From NCBI GenBank assembly GCA_963775685.1, contig CAVZJV010000001.1:32001-96000 (forward strand): a DNA stretch of 64,000 bases. Direction: 5' to 3'. Shown here piece after piece: positions 61,877-64,000 of the stretch. The notes under the pieces are model-generated. The model was not told the origin of the DNA, ran no database searches, and worked only from the letters and a program-made list of their open reading frames with translations. A program made the position numbers and the translations under genes. Source of the DNA: Candidatus Bathyarchaeota archaeon. Its GTDB lineage: Archaea; Thermoproteota; Bathyarchaeia; Bathyarchaeales; Bathycorpusculaceae. How positions within the stretch are numbered: the stretch's first letter is position 1; the number at the start of each line of letters is the position of its first letter.

Positions 61877-62194
61877 TTACTGATTACCTTTGCAATGTGT
61901 TTCAAAATGACTTGTTAACGAGCAGAAGAAGACTAAATTTTTCAATCTTCTTCTTCTTTTGACACCTGATCTATTGGCGCACATATTTATTTTAGCAAAG
62001 TCAAGGTAGAAGTTGTTGTTCACCTGAAATTTCAATCTTTCTGGGGCAAACTTTTCACGGTATTTCGCGTAAGCCCTTTTGCGGGCAAACAACCAAATGG
62101 AAACGTTGCTGAAGGATATTCCTTCAACTTTGATTTCTTCTTGATTATTGTAATCTTCAAAGAGAATCTTGTAATCTAGTTTGGGGTAAGACAT
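61877..62194 (-). pseudogene. 5' fragment of an unknown gene that runs out into a hairpin repeat
   Basis: About 70 protein-like codons, then VKRRRRLKNL encoded by the repeat itself. Confidence 0.45.
61924..61972 (+). repeat. Island hairpin repeat, subtype B copy 2
   Basis: AGAAGAAGAcTAAATTTTTCAaTCTTCTTCTTCTTTTGACACCTGATCT; shares its flank with the 60099 copy. Confidence 0.8.
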
Positions 62195-62390
62195 TGCGAC
62201 TCACTCTGGATAAGCGGTATTGTTTTAAATTCCTCATATAATTACTCAAACATTTTTATGACAATCTTTGATCAGAACGGCATCACCGTTAATATCGGGG
62301 TGGGATAGTTTTTGAGCCGAAAGAGAGCTGGGAATGCCACCACTACGACTATAGCTGCCTCTGTGATGAGCGAGAATAAAGGTGGATAAA

Positions 62391-62539
62391 ATGGCTGAAG
62401 AAAAAGAATGTAGAAAATGTAAGGTTTGTGGGAAGGAGATCAGTGCCCAAGACATGAAAGCTTCGATGGTATGTGTTGGGAGTGCTGGGATGACCAACTA
62501 ACTGAGGAATCTGACAGTATGTTTGACGAATTAATGTAG
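62391..62539 (+). pseudogene. Small CxxC...CxxC acidic zinc-finger gene with one frameshift
   Basis: MAEEKECRKCKVCGKEISAQ / HESFDGMCWECWDDQLTEES. Confidence 0.55.
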
Positions 62540-62553
62540 AGGTAGGTGTTGTT

Positions 62554-62697
62554 TTGTGGCTGTGTAAGAATTGTGGACACGATAATCCTGATGATGCGGT
62601 AGCCTGCGAGGTCTGTGGTGCCTTAATGGATGAAATCGGTGACTCTGGCGATAACAAAGATTCAGAAGACCTCTTTTTCGATGATGAAGGCATCTAA
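62554..62697 (+). CDS. RanBP2-like zinc-ribbon microprotein (47 aa)
   Basis: WLCKNCGHDNPDDAVACEVCG plus acidic tail; AGGTG Shine-Dalgarno before a TTG start. Confidence 0.65.
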   Translation: MWLCKNCGHDNPDDAVACEVCGALMDEIGDSGDNKDSEDLFFDDEGI

Positions 62698-62761
62698 GGA
62701 CTGTGGAAGGTTTCTTGGAGTTTAGTTATGCTTTCTGGATTTGGCTGGCGCACTATGCGGT

Positions 62762-62965
62762 TTATAGTGATGGTGTTTTTGCGTGTCTTTCTGAATGCAA
62801 TTGTCCGCCCGTTGCCCAATTATTTTTTGGCGCTTCATAAATCACTATATGCACTGCTTCCTTAGGAACCCCCATTTCTTCAAAAACTTTAGTTATCCCT
62901 TCAACTGTTTTCTTCTTATTCTCAGAAGTCATTCCTTCCCACACAGAAACTTGAACTATCGGCAT
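62762..62965 (-). CDS. 4-oxalocrotonate tautomerase family protein
   Basis: Pro-1 (MPIV), ENKKK, EAVHIVIYEAPKNNWATGG. Confidence 0.9.
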   Translation of the reverse strand: MPIVQVSVWEGMTSENKKKTVEGITKVFEEMGVPKEAVHIVIYEAPKNNWATGGQLHSERHAKTPSL

Positions 62966-63069
62966 TACATTTTACCTCAAATAACTGTGATATTTCGTCC
63001 AATTAATGTGTTCTTATCGAGTGTGCACGTGATAGTGTTAAAATTCAAGTGTTCTTACCAAGTGTAAGT

Positions 63070-63762
63070 ATGCCTAAGATACGAGCAATCCTGTTTGACC
63101 TTGACAATACGTTAATTGACTTTATTCGTATGAAAGAGGAATCTTGCAGAGCAGCGGTTAAGGCGATGGTAGCGTCAGGATTGCAGATGAAGGAAGACCA
63201 AGCGTTTGAAATTTTACTGAATACCTACTTTGACGTGGAAATAGAATCAAACATAGCCTTCTCAGAGTTTCTAAAAAGCATCGATCAGTTTAATCACAAA
63301 ATACTTGCTTCAGGCATCAACACCTACCTAAAAACAAAAAACAAATTCCTAAAACCCTATCCTAATGTCAAACCAGTCCTTGGAAAGCTAAAAAGAAAAG
63401 GCATTTTTCTCTCAATTGTTACCGATGCACCAAAAACCAAGGCTTACCAACGATTATTAGGTATGGGAATAGAACCTTACTTCAAATTTGTAGTTGGATA
63501 CGAAGATACAAACAAAAGCAAACATACCGGCTTACCACTTCTGCGGGCTTTGGAAATACTGAGAAAAGAATGCCCAAACATAGAAAACTCGGAAATTCTA
63601 ATGGTCGGCGATTCAATAGAAAAAGACATAGTTCCAGCAAAAGACCTTGGGCTAAGAACAGCACTCGCCAAATATGGGCAAAAAACCCCTGAAAGTGGAT
63701 TCGCAGATTACCAGCTAGTAAATTTCATAGAAATCATCGATATTGTCGAATCAATCCAGTAA
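63070..63762 (+). CDS. HAD-superfamily hydrolase
   Basis: LFDLDNTLID, IVTD, MVGDSIEKD motifs. Confidence 0.88.
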   Translation: MPKIRAILFDLDNTLIDFIRMKEESCRAAVKAMVASGLQMKEDQAFEILLNTYFDVEIESNIAFSEFLKSIDQFNHKILASGINTYLKTKNKFLKPYPNVKPVLGKLKRKGIFLSIVTDAPKTKAYQRLLGMGIEPYFKFVVGYEDTNKSKHTGLPLLRALEILRKECPNIENSEILMVGDSIEKDIVPAKDLGLRTALAKYGQKTPESGFADYQLVNFIEIIDIVESIQ

Positions 63763-64000
63763 GCCAAGACATCACTATAGTAGCCAAAAATAAATTATAA
63801 CTAAACAATATTTCCCATTTTTTGATGTTCAGTTAGCTTCTCGTTTGCCAAAGTATAAGATCAATTTTCTTAGTATCAGATATCCCCGAATTCGGAACTC
63901 TATTGCCAATTCGGCAAGTTGAGTTTTGCCTTTTATAATTGTTCTTGCAGGTCGGGGTGTGTAGCTGAAATGTCCTAGCAGAAGGATTTTGAGAATGAAT

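Noticed and set aside
43911-61972. Canonical integron/attC array
   Set aside because: No RYYYAAC...GTTRRRY boxes, no intI, and the genes are in mixed orientation; kept only as an analogy.
34716-64000. Intact provirus or integrative element at tRNA-Lys
   Set aside because: No integrase, replication or structural genes, and I found no repeat of the tRNA-Lys 3' end in the window.

Overview
Archaeal chromosomal segment, most like Bathyarchaeia (inferred from gene content: Lsm-rpl37e, archaeal ValRS, AbrB-PhoU regulator, CdvA-like protein, PEF-tailed and PQQ-type surface proteins). Bases 1-34,800 are mostly housekeeping: a polyphosphate/Pst phosphate cluster, HtrA-NfeD-SPFH, a P1B ATPase, a TPP-riboswitch-controlled thiT operon, valS-nadX and tRNA-Lys(TTT). 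After the tRNA is a ~29 kb plastic region of toxin-antitoxin modules, small genes and gene fragments, punctuated by about a dozen related 35-50 bp hairpin-forming repeats. The main result is an IS1111-type (IS110 family) element at 59013-60098 inserted at the foot of one of these hairpins. Its 3' non-coding region carries two short segments (TCTTCTTCT and GGGTAGA) that spell out the reconstructed empty target GGGT|AGAAGAAGA. This suggests an archaeal bridge/seekRNA programmed against an apparently uncharacterised palindromic repeat family. All calls were made by eye, without database searches.
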